Assembly (NCBI GenBank): GCA_001783715.1
Contig: MFNF01000027.1
Coordinates: 3,290-67,289, forward strand
Source of the DNA: Candidatus Lambdaproteobacteria bacterium RIFOXYD2_FULL_56_26
GTDB lineage: Bacteria; SAR324; XYD2-FULL-50-16
DNA length: 64,000 nucleotides
Reading direction: 5' to 3'
This document shows positions 1-8,414 of the stretch, piece after piece (the first letter of the stretch is position 1; the number at the start of each line of letters is the position of its first letter). The position numbers and the translations under genes were made by a program. Under the pieces are notes generated by a model, which had not been told where the DNA came from, did no database searches, and saw nothing but the letters and a program-made list of their open reading frames with translations.

Positions 1-1
1 G

Positions 2-972
2 GAGCTGGGCGGGATGTTGGGCGGTTGGTCGGGGGACTTCACCTTGTTTGCCCTTAAAAAGGGTTTTGAACTGGTGATGTATGAAAATACCGAAGATTGG
101 GTGCTGGACAGGGCGAAGCACTTTTACCCGAAAAAAAAGCTTTCCTCCCTGGCCCAAATGGCCGCCCTGGACGAGCCGGAACGGGAGGCGCTGGTGGCTA
201 TCCCTACGACTTGGGGCTGTTCAAAAGCTTTGGCAAGAGCCTGGACCTTTCCTTCAACCTAACCCTGGGGGCCGCTGCCGCCAGCCAGCTGCCCGGCACC
301 GGGGTAGCCGCCGGGGCGCTGAATCTGGTAAAAACCCTGACCAAGCTGGCTGGCCGGATCTCCACCTTGTCGGCCATCTACGGCTTTCACATCCCCTCTT
401 CAGCCCACCTCTTTTTGGCCTGTTCAAGGGTCCTCAAGTCCATCCAGGACTTTGAAGCCAACCCCCAGCACCGGCCCCTGGACCCCGCCATCTTGTCCGA
501 ACTGTACAGGAAGGAAGCGGTGGACCCTGAAGGGTTTGGCCAGATGCTCAAAGAGGCACTCAAAAAAGAGGCCTACATGGCGGTGCCGGGGGTGGGGGTG
601 ATCAGCCTGGGCAAGATCGGTCTGGACGACTTGATGGTGGACCAAATGGTGCTGCACTTGGTGGCTAATTATTTTTGGTTGTTGGCCCTGGAGCGGGAAT
701 TGGGGAAAAAACGTCTGGCCGGATTGCTGGGCCGGTGGAAACGGATTTACGCCGCTTTGGCAGAACAGGGCTGGTTTGAGGCGGTGCCCAAGGCGGGGCA
801 GGAAGCCCCCAGCTGGAGCGAGCGGCTTTCCGCCTTGGCCAACCTGGGGGAAGAGTCGGAGCGTAAAGCCAAAGCGGTGGAACAAAAGGCCGCCGCTTTG
901 TTTGAAGCCACCTTGGAGCTTTCGGGGCCGGGGTTTGAACAACGGTTGGCCGAACTGCTGGCCGCCCCCTAA
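2..972 (+). pseudogene. EcsC-like protein, 5'-truncated by the window edge and interrupted by an apparent 1-nt frameshift near 196-200 (pseudogene or sequence error)
   Basis: Frame 2 (2-~197, ...LSSLAQMAALDEPEREALVA) and frame 1 (~199-972, YPYDLGLFKSF...) both have protein-like composition and typical codon usage, and one added base would join them. LSAIYGF and AVPGVGVI segments resemble EcsC-family motifs. Confidence 0.5.
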
Positions 973-2675
973 CCGGCCCCCTGGGGCCGGGTCAGTTCGG
1001 CTTGCAACTGCGACAGCTCCCGGACCAACCTTTCCTGCTCCCCTTCCAATTCCGCTGCGCTGCCATAGAGCCGGGCCTCGATCCAATCTTGCAGTTCCTT
1101 TATGTTCCTAGCCGTCTGTGGGTCCAGGGAGTCCCCATCCAAGTGGGTTTGGGGGCCGAACTTCCAGGCCAGCAGGGCCGAGAGCCGTTCCTGGGCCAAG
1201 GAAAAAGCCTCTGAGGGGGGCAACTCCCGGAGCGGTTCCAGGTCTTTGGGTCCCCAGGGAGCTTGGACCCGCAGGGCCACAGGTTTGGGGCGACGGGCTT
1301 GGAGCCGGGCAACTGCATACCCTAAAGGCAACAATACCAACCCCAAGGCCCAAAACCAAACCGGCAGTTCCTGCGACTCTGGCTCGGTGCTCAACAGGCC
1401 CACCGAAGACGCAACCGGGCCGGGTTCGGGCAGATGGCCCCAAACCTCATCGTCCCGCAGCTTTTCTCCCTGGGCGACGGAAAGGGTGAGGAGGTTGGTA
1501 TGGGCGGTTTGGTAGGCCCCGGTTTGGGGGTTAAAAAAACTGAACCCCAACGGCGGGATCACCCAAGTCCCAGGCGCTTTGGGCTTCAGCTTTTGTTTGA
1601 ACCGCAAGGCCTCTCCCTCCAGGGTCCCCGGCTCCAGGTTTTCCTGGAAGTCAAAGTCCTTTTCCAGGCCCCGGAGCTTGGGCCGCTCGACCTTGCTCAG
1701 GTTTCCCGGACCTTCGATCACCAAGGTCAGCTCCACCGGTTCCCCCATCTGGTAGGCCTGCCGTTCCACCAAGGCCTTGACCGCAAAGTTCCCCACCGCC
1801 CCGCTGAAGTCCGCCGGTCGCCCCTGGGTGGGCAAGGGCAGGACCGTCACGCTCAAAGGCGGGGTGGTGGCGTACACCGCCTTCAACTGGGGTCTTTGGA
1901 CCAACCGGCCAAAAAAATCATGGGCCTGGACAAACCCTTGGGTGATCTGGCCCTTGACCTGGGCGGAGCCCAAGTCGAGTGTCCCCGGCTGGACCGGGGA
2001 AAGCCGAAAGCCGGTTTGGTACTTGACCCCGCCCATTCCTACCGGGCTTCGGTTGAAGGCGACCCGGTACGCATCGATCGAAAGGTCCTGGGTCGGGGTC
2101 TTGGGGTCCAAAGGCAAAAGTCCCAGGTGCAGGTCGTCCTTTTGGGCCAATAGAGGCAGCCGGAATTCGTAGTCCTCCACCTGCTGGGTTAAGGTCCAAG
2201 TCAAGGTGAGCCAAAGCTCCTCCCCCAGGTAGAGCTTGGTTTTGTTGGGTTTGAGGGTCAAGGTCATCACGCCGCCCGAATCGCCGGGCTTGGCGACCAA
2301 CCCAAACTCCTGGGTCGGGTACCTTTGGCCCTGGAAGACCACCACCAAGGGCGGTATCCGGTACTTCCCCGGCTGAGCGGCACCGACCCCGATCCCAAAG
2401 GTAACGGCTTGGTACTGGGTCATCTGGCCGTTGACCACCATCGTTTGGCTGGAAGTCGAAGGGGGGCCGGTCTGGGTGAGGGACAATCCTTTGACCGCAG
2501 GCAGCTCCAACCTCGCCGAACCGTCCGCCCCTTCCACCTCCACCTGGATGTGGGCCAAGTCACCCAGGACCAATTGTTCGGTGTCGATCTGGGCGGACAC
2601 CGTGACCTGGGCAAACAAGTTGGGACAAACCAGCCCCGCCCACAAAACGCCTAAGAAGAACCCTCGGCTGAACAT
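969..2675 (-). CDS. batD: BatD family protein (Ig-like BatD repeats, signal peptide, C-terminal TM helix)
   Basis: Signal peptide; QVTVSAQID, SSQTMVVNG, PLPTQGRPADFSGAVGNF and FSFFNPQTGAY motifs typical of BatD. Confidence 0.8.
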   Translation of the reverse strand: MFSRGFFLGVLWAGLVCPNLFAQVTVSAQIDTEQLVLGDLAHIQVEVEGADGSARLELPAVKGLSLTQTGPPSTSSQTMVVNGQMTQYQAVTFGIGVGAAQPGKYRIPPLVVVFQGQRYPTQEFGLVAKPGDSGGVMTLTLKPNKTKLYLGEELWLTLTWTLTQQVEDYEFRLPLLAQKDDLHLGLLPLDPKTPTQDLSIDAYRVAFNRSPVGMGGVKYQTGFRLSPVQPGTLDLGSAQVKGQITQGFVQAHDFFGRLVQRPQLKAVYATTPPLSVTVLPLPTQGRPADFSGAVGNFAVKALVERQAYQMGEPVELTLVIEGPGNLSKVERPKLRGLEKDFDFQENLEPGTLEGEALRFKQKLKPKAPGTWVIPPLGFSFFNPQTGAYQTAHTNLLTLSVAQGEKLRDDEVWGHLPEPGPVASSVGLLSTEPESQELPVWFWALGLVLLPLGYAVARLQARRPKPVALRVQAPWGPKDLEPLRELPPSEAFSLAQERLSALLAWKFGPQTHLDGDSLDPQTARNIKELQDWIEARLYGSAAELEGEQERLVRELSQLQAELTRPQGAG

Positions 2676-2745
2676 CCCTTCCCTTTAAAAAAATCGTCAA
2701 TCTTTGGGTGTTGGGGCCAGCATACCCAATCCCCTATGCCCCTGC

Positions 2746-2820
2746 CAAGGGATGTCCGAAAAATGTCCGGTTCTATGTCCCTTTGATGCCCTGTTTTCTC
2801 CCGATTGGGGGTGATACGAT
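2746..2820 (+). promoter_or_regulatory. Four-box phased ATGTCC/ATGCCC array plus extended -10 (TGaTACGAT), copy A, upstream of the endonuclease gene
   Basis: Boxes start at 2752, 2763, 2775 and 2786; -10 at 2815-2820; same architecture as the copy at 15851-15925 on the minus strand. Confidence 0.7.
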
Positions 2821-2856
2821 CCCCCCAAAAAAACGTCCGGCCTGGAGGGGATAAGG

Positions 2857-3915
2857 ATGGGGAACAAAAAAATCAAGCTGGCATTGTTCTGCCTGCTTTG
2901 GCCTTGTCTGGGCCAAGCGGAGCTGAAGCCCCAAGACTGGGAAAAAAAGCCGGTTTGTTTTGGCTCCGCCAAAAGCTTCCTGCGCAAGGTTTACCGTGAA
3001 AACCACTGGAACCGGGACTTTTATTGCGGGTGCCCTTTGGAGCCTTCGGGAAAGCTTCTGGAAACCAAGGGTTGTTACGTGGAGGAATCGGACTTGAACT
3101 TGACCCGTCAGGGGGTGGCGGCTCCCCAGCTTTATGCGGACCGGCACCTGGTCGTTGAATGGGAGCATGTGGTGCCTGCTTCGGTCCTGGGAGACCGGCA
3201 TTTGACCCTCAATAAGGCCAAGAAGGACTGCCGGGCGGAACAACCCAAGCTCCCCAATCCCCGGGAGGTGGACAGCCGGAAACTCGACCAAGCCATAGCG
3301 GCCTGCGGCAAGGAAAAATACGAGAGAAACAAAACAATCCTCTCCGACCCCCACAACCTTTATCCGGTAATGGGCCAGCTGAACGCTTTGCGGGGGGACA
3401 AGGTGATGACGGCGGTGGAGCCTGCTGCCGAGTTGTTCTCTTTGTGCCAATTCTCCCTGGATGCCGCCTTTGTGGAGCCTCCCCAGCGGATCAAGGGGGA
3501 CATCGCTCGGATCTATTATTACATGGCCAACAAATACCCGGCGAAACGTGCGGAGATCCTCAATTTCCATGTTCGGGCCGCCCTGCTGGATTGGTGCAAA
3601 GCCGATCCGCTCAACGACGAGGAGCGCCAAAGGGTCCAGGCGGTGGTCCAGGCGACGGGGGTCCAAAACCCCTTTTTGGAACAAAGTTGTGAGACGTTGG
3701 CGGCAAACCTCTTGGACCCCGCTCCCGGTACGGTCCATTTTCCGCTGCCCAAGACGGCCCAAAGACCGGAACCGCCGTCCCCAAAGCGCATCGCCTTGAA
3801 GGGTTCACCAGCCCAAGAGAAAACACCGGCCCTGCCCAGGTCGGAACGGCAAAACCCGCCTTCTGGAACCAAACCTCCCCTCCCCTTGCCCAGCACGGCC
3901 AGTGCCCAACTGTAA
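2857..3915 (+). CDS. Secreted endonuclease I (EndA/Vvn-like, His-Me finger) with Pro-rich C-terminal tail
   Basis: Signal peptide; FYCGC, EWEHVVPAS, DPHNLYP..GQLNALR and EPP..IKGDIARIYYYM motifs. Confidence 0.85.
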   Translation: MGNKKIKLALFCLLWPCLGQAELKPQDWEKKPVCFGSAKSFLRKVYRENHWNRDFYCGCPLEPSGKLLETKGCYVEESDLNLTRQGVAAPQLYADRHLVVEWEHVVPASVLGDRHLTLNKAKKDCRAEQPKLPNPREVDSRKLDQAIAACGKEKYERNKTILSDPHNLYPVMGQLNALRGDKVMTAVEPAAELFSLCQFSLDAAFVEPPQRIKGDIARIYYYMANKYPAKRAEILNFHVRAALLDWCKADPLNDEERQRVQAVVQATGVQNPFLEQSCETLAANLLDPAPGTVHFPLPKTAQRPEPPSPKRIALKGSPAQEKTPALPRSERQNPPSGTKPPLPLPSTASAQL

Positions 3916-4030
3916 CTCCCCAGCCCCTGAGCCGAGGAGAACACCCAGGCCCCTCGTTCGGGCCACAGAATCCAGCCGGGCGTAAAGCCCCAAAGGACAG
4001 CAAATTAAACTTTACTCCAAGGAGTTGGAA

Positions 4031-4312
4031 ATGAAGAAAATTTTAGGGCTCTTTTGTGTTTGTTTGTTGGCGTTTTCTTCGGTCCAAGCGCTGGAACCCT
4101 GTAACAATCCACCTCTTAAGCCCCAAGACCCAAGTTTCCTTGCGCAAACAACATCGGAAAGGGTACCGGTGGTGGCTTTGCGGGAAGAACTACCGGAGGC
4201 GGTCTTGCAAAGGCGGGGCTGCTGCTCCCACCACAAGGGGGTCTGTGGCTGCGAAAACGGGCGGGCGGTCTGTTGCGACGGGAAACTCAGCCCCAGTTGC
4301 GGCTGCAATTGA
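4031..4312 (+). CDS. Small secreted Cys-rich protein (GCCSHHxGVCGC...CCDG..SPSCGC)
   Basis: GGAG RBS, signal peptide MKKILGLFCVCLLAFSSVQA, 8 Cys in the C-terminal ~30 aa. Confidence 0.75.
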   Translation: MKKILGLFCVCLLAFSSVQALEPCNNPPLKPQDPSFLAQTTSERVPVVALREELPEAVLQRRGCCSHHKGVCGCENGRAVCCDGKLSPSCGCN

Positions 4313-4380
4313 CCGGTCGGCAACGCCGTAGGTCATAGGGCGGGGCCGTTCTGCCTGCCAAAGCCAAAAACCCCAGCCCC

Positions 4381-4905
4381 TCAAGCCTTTGGTTCTTCCG
4401 CAAAGTGGAGGGTGGGGGGGATGACCTTGAAGTTTTTTTCGATGAACTTGTGGATTTCAGGCAGCGCCGTATGGGCGTTTTTTTTGTAGGCTTGGGCCAC
4501 TACGGTGATAAAGCGGGTGATAAACTGATCCCGCAGTTGCATCGGGCTTGCGGCCAGCTTGACGTACATCCCCATGATCGCCGCAAAGGCGTAGAGCGTG
4601 AGCATCCGGTGCAGGTTGCGCATCTTTTCGGGGGGCAGCTGGCATTGCACCAGCGGTTTGGAGCGGAACATCTCGGCGACCAGCACCGCCGCCAGCTCGG
4701 TCCTGGAGCAGTAGGGGTGCAGCCAGTTTTCGGTCCAACGGTGGTAGGACTCGGTGATCTGGGCGGCCAGCGCATGGACCGCCGCCTTGTCCAACCGGGC
4801 CTCGATCTTTTGGTTGGTCAGCTGTTCTATGTTGAGGGCCGCCCCTTCCCCCAGCTCGGACAAGAAGGTGCGCAGGTTGTTTTCCAGCAGCGCCTGATTG
4901 TTCAT
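4381..4905 (-). CDS. Hypothetical protein (174 aa)
   Basis: Protein-like ORF; ATGA overlap with the upstream ORF. Confidence 0.7.
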   Translation of the reverse strand: MNNQALLENNLRTFLSELGEGAALNIEQLTNQKIEARLDKAAVHALAAQITESYHRWTENWLHPYCSRTELAAVLVAEMFRSKPLVQCQLPPEKMRNLHRMLTLYAFAAIMGMYVKLAASPMQLRDQFITRFITVVAQAYKKNAHTALPEIHKFIEKNFKVIPPTLHFAEEPKA

Positions 4906-5339
4906 TTGTCTTTCTTGAGCGCCTCCAAAACTCCGGTGGCCATCAGGCCCCGGACGTAAGAATCCTTGAAATAGACCGGGTCGAACATCAGCTTGGAGCC
5001 GTCTCGGTCATAAAGTTTGGAAAAGACGGAATCCACCTGTTCAAAAAAGAGATTGATCGCCTTATTGAGCTCCTTGGAGACCACCGGTTCGTTTCCTTTG
5101 GGCCGTTTGGATTCAAGCAGGGTGATCAATTTGGTGAAGTTTTCCGCCAGCTTAAGCTCTTCCTTGTCCGAAAGCACCTGGGAGGAATGGGCCGAAGAGG
5201 GGTAGAACTTGAGCATGTCGGCCAGCAGGCCGCCGACGGTCATGGTTTGGAAGTCGTTGAAAAAGATCGGCGCATCATCCAGTCCGGTGGACTGGAGTTG
5301 CTTGATGTAGTCTTCGATCTGGTCAATAAAACGAGCCAA
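4902..5339 (-). CDS. Hypothetical protein (145 aa, TTG start)
   Basis: Protein-like ORF directly downstream of the response regulator; coupled to 4381-4905. Confidence 0.7.
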   Translation of the reverse strand: MARFIDQIEDYIKQLQSTGLDDAPIFFNDFQTMTVGGLLADMLKFYPSSAHSSQVLSDKEELKLAENFTKLITLLESKRPKGNEPVVSKELNKAINLFFEQVDSVFSKLYDRDGSKLMFDPVYFKDSYVRGLMATGVLEALKKDK

Positions 5340-5387
5340 AGCCGTTCCTTGCTACGTTGTGCACAGGGTGCCGGACCCCCAAACCCC

Positions 5388-6752
5388 CTATTCGGGCTTG
5401 ATCTCTTTGCCTTTGATCTTGTACCGCAGGGCCCGTTCGCTGATCCCCAATTCTTTGGCGGCACGGGTCTGGACCCCTTTGTGCTTTTTGAGCGCCAGTT
5501 CGATCAACCGCCGCTCCGCTGCCTCCAAGGTCATCAGTTCCAAGGCCGGACCATCGACGGGGGCCTCCTTGTGCTGGTTGGTGACCGTCAGGGGCAGGTC
5601 TTTGATCGAAATCACGTCTTCCCGGGCGATGACGATCGCCCGTTCGATGATGTTCTCCAGCTCCCGGATGTTGCCCGGATAGTCGTACTTGACCAGCACC
5701 GACTGGGCCTCTTGGGTGATCCCTTGGATGGTGCGGTGATTTTCTTTGGCGTATTTTTCCAAAAAGTACTCCACCAGGGGCATGATGTCCCCCCGGCGAT
5801 TGCGCAAGGGCGGGATGTACAAAGGAACCACGCTCAGCCGGTAAAAAAGGTCTTCCCGCATCAACTTGGCTTCCACCGCTTCTTCCAGGTTGCGGTTGGT
5901 GGCCGCCAGGATACGGACATCCACCTTGAGGGTCTGGTTGCTCCCCACCCGTTCAAACTCTCGTTCCTGGAGGACTCGCAAGAGTTTGGTTTGGGTGGTC
6001 AGGCTGATGTCGCCGATCTCGTCCAAAAAGAGGGTGCCTTTGTTGGCCTCTTCAAACTTGCCTTTCCGGTCGCTGATCGCCCCGGTGAAGGAACCTTTGA
6101 TGTGGCCAAAAAGTTCGGACTCCAAAAGGGTTTCGGGCAGGGCGGCGCAGTTGACCTTGATGAAGGGCTGTTCCTTGCGGGAGGAAGCAAAATGCAGGGC
6201 CTTGGCCACCAGTTCCTTGCCGGTACCCGACTCCCCCCGGATCAGGACCGTGGCATTGGAGTTGGCCACCCGCTGGACCATGCTCATCACCTCGGCCAGC
6301 GCCGAGCTGTTGCCGATGATGTTGTCGAACCGGAAGCGGCTTTGCAGGATGTCCTTGAGTTGCTGGTTCTCCACCAAAAGCCGCTTTTTGTCGATGTTGC
6401 GGTCAATGAGGATCAGCAGTTCCTTCAGGTCGATCGGTTTGGTCATGTAGTCGTTGGCCCCGGCCTTGATCACCTCAACGGCAGTTTCGATGCTGCCGTA
6501 GGCGGAGATCATCACAATGGCCACCGCCGGGTCGATCTCCCGGACCGCCTTGATCAGCTCCAGCCCGTTCATCTTGGGCATCCGAAAGTCGGCGATCATC
6601 AGGTCGAATTCCCGGCTGCGGATCAGGCCCAGGGCCTCGGTCGGGTCGTTGGTGGTGGTGACCAGAAAGTCCTTTTTGCCCAAAAAACCAGAGAGCAACT
6701 CGGTCTGGCTGGCTTCATCGTCAACGATCAGGATCTTTCCGTTCATCACCAT
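5388..6752 (-). CDS. Sigma54-dependent response regulator (NtrC/AtoC/ZraR family: REC-AAA+-Fis HTH)
   Basis: ILIVDDE receiver; GESGTGKE Walker A; ESELFGHIKGSFTGA loop; FLDEIGD; C-terminal AAKELGIS HTH. Confidence 0.95.
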   Translation of the reverse strand: MVMNGKILIVDDEASQTELLSGFLGKKDFLVTTTNDPTEALGLIRSREFDLMIADFRMPKMNGLELIKAVREIDPAVAIVMISAYGSIETAVEVIKAGANDYMTKPIDLKELLILIDRNIDKKRLLVENQQLKDILQSRFRFDNIIGNSSALAEVMSMVQRVANSNATVLIRGESGTGKELVAKALHFASSRKEQPFIKVNCAALPETLLESELFGHIKGSFTGAISDRKGKFEEANKGTLFLDEIGDISLTTQTKLLRVLQEREFERVGSNQTLKVDVRILAATNRNLEEAVEAKLMREDLFYRLSVVPLYIPPLRNRRGDIMPLVEYFLEKYAKENHRTIQGITQEAQSVLVKYDYPGNIRELENIIERAIVIAREDVISIKDLPLTVTNQHKEAPVDGPALELMTLEAAERRLIELALKKHKGVQTRAAKELGISERALRYKIKGKEIKPE

Positions 6753-6793
6753 CTGGGTCAAAGGGGGTCAAGTCTTCCAAAGTCTGCACAGGC

Positions 6794-8389
6794 TTACCCC
6801 AATTCCGAAAGCTTTGGCAAGATCAGGCTGGCCGTCATTCCCCTGTCCGGGTTGGGGGTCAGTTCGATGGTGCCGTTGTGGGCCTGGACGATTTTGCGGC
6901 AGATGTAGAGGCCCAGGCCGGTCCCGGTGGGTTTGGTGGTGTAGTAGATGTCGAAGATTTGGGCCAATTTGTCTTTGCCGATCCCCGCCCCCTGGTCGAT
7001 CACCTTGAGTTCCCACTGTTGGGCGGCAAAGCGGCTTTCCAGTTTTAAGACCGTTCCCGGATTGCTGGCATCCATGGCGTTACCCAGGAGGTTGAGCAAC
7101 ACTTGGGTCAATTTCTCCTGGTCTGCTTCGACCTCCTGGTCTTGGGCCGGGACCTTCAGTTGCAGGTCCACCCCCCGCTCCTTGGCGGTGGGAGAGAAAA
7201 GGTCGTAACAATGTTGGGCCCATTGGTTGGCCGAAAAGCGGGCCATCCGGGGGGCATAGGGTTTGGAGAAACCCAGAAAGTCAGTGACGATCCGGTTGAT
7301 CCGTTTGACCTCGTCTTTCATCAGGTCGGTCAAAAAGGAATACTCCTCCACCGCTTCGGGCGGCTCGGCGGGGCTGTATTCCAGTTGCAGCCGTTGCATG
7401 GTGATCGAGATGCTGTTGAGCGGATTTCTGATCTCATGGGCGACCCCGGCGGCAAGGTTGCCCAAGCTGACCAACTTGGCATTTTCATTGAGCTGCCGCT
7501 GCATCTGTTCAATCTTGTAATTGTACCCGGACTGGAACCGCCAGACCGCCACAGCGACCAAAAAGGCCAGCAACATCACCCAGCCGGAGAACACGGCGGT
7601 GTTGCGCAGGATGTCTTCGTAGATGGTGTCAAACTGGCTAGAATCCAGCCCTACCACCAGCACCCCCCAGCGGTCCGGGCCGAGCTTGAAGGGGTGGACC
7701 GCTTCATATTGGTCCTCTTTGCGGTAGTAGTAGGTGGTTTTGTCCTTGAGGCTCGATTCGATCCCTTCGTTGTCTTCGAGCAACCCCAGCTTTTTCCGAT
7801 CCGTGTGGGCCAGGATGTGCAGGTTGGGGCCCACAAAGCTTACATAGTCGGCGATTTTTTTGTCTTGCAGGTCCTGGGCGAGTGCCTGCAAGGCTTCCTG
7901 TTCCACCAACTCCTGCCGCTTGTTTTCCCCCAAGGTCAGGACCAGGACCTCACCGTTTTTCCCCCTCGGCCAAGCGAGGCTCAAAGACCGGGATGGAGCT
8001 CTGGTCGGTACTTCAGGGGTTTGCAGGACCAACTGGCCCTGGTCGTCATACAGCAGAATGCCTTCCAGGTCCTTGTGGACCCGGAAGGCTTCGATGGGTG
8101 CCAAGGCGGCCAGACCCGAAGGCAGACCCGACTGGTCCAACTCCTGGGCCAAGGCCTTGAGGAACTCGTGGGCCTTGTGGGTGGACAGGGACTTGGCCTC
8201 AATCCTTTGGGTGGCGGACAAGGCGATGAATTCAGCGGTCTCCCCGTTTTGCCGCCAGAACATCTTGATGAAGTCCTTTTGGGTTTGTCGGCTCAAAAAG
8301 AACATATTCGCCAACAGGATCAGCAGAATCAAGCCTAGGAAAAACGCTACATAAAGGATGTAGAGCGCACGCCGTTGGTTCAGGATCAT
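6794..8389 (-). CDS. Membrane sensor histidine kinase (ZraS/AtoS-like), partner of the adjacent regulator
   Basis: Two TM helices; H-box AGVAHEIRNPL; NLLGNAMDA, DQGAGI and GTGLGL boxes. Confidence 0.93.
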   Translation of the reverse strand: MILNQRRALYILYVAFFLGLILLILLANMFFLSRQTQKDFIKMFWRQNGETAEFIALSATQRIEAKSLSTHKAHEFLKALAQELDQSGLPSGLAALAPIEAFRVHKDLEGILLYDDQGQLVLQTPEVPTRAPSRSLSLAWPRGKNGEVLVLTLGENKRQELVEQEALQALAQDLQDKKIADYVSFVGPNLHILAHTDRKKLGLLEDNEGIESSLKDKTTYYYRKEDQYEAVHPFKLGPDRWGVLVVGLDSSQFDTIYEDILRNTAVFSGWVMLLAFLVAVAVWRFQSGYNYKIEQMQRQLNENAKLVSLGNLAAGVAHEIRNPLNSISITMQRLQLEYSPAEPPEAVEEYSFLTDLMKDEVKRINRIVTDFLGFSKPYAPRMARFSANQWAQHCYDLFSPTAKERGVDLQLKVPAQDQEVEADQEKLTQVLLNLLGNAMDASNPGTVLKLESRFAAQQWELKVIDQGAGIGKDKLAQIFDIYYTTKPTGTGLGLYICRKIVQAHNGTIELTPNPDRGMTASLILPKLSELG

Positions 8390-8414
8390 GCCGCCTCCCG
8401 CAGTTTCTTACACA

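Noticed and set aside
131-139. A_AAA_AAG slippery heptamer as a programmed -1 frameshift joining the two EcsC-like frames
   Set aside because: Shifting here gives a Gly/Pro/Arg shadow-like peptide, while frame 2 stays protein-like until ~197, so the break lies later
5187-8338. Long + strand ORFs 5187-6908 and 7103-8338 (and similar ones opposite hslU, acs, fusA and tilS)
   Set aside because: Antisense shadows of well-supported minus-strand genes, expected in GC-rich DNA; no motifs
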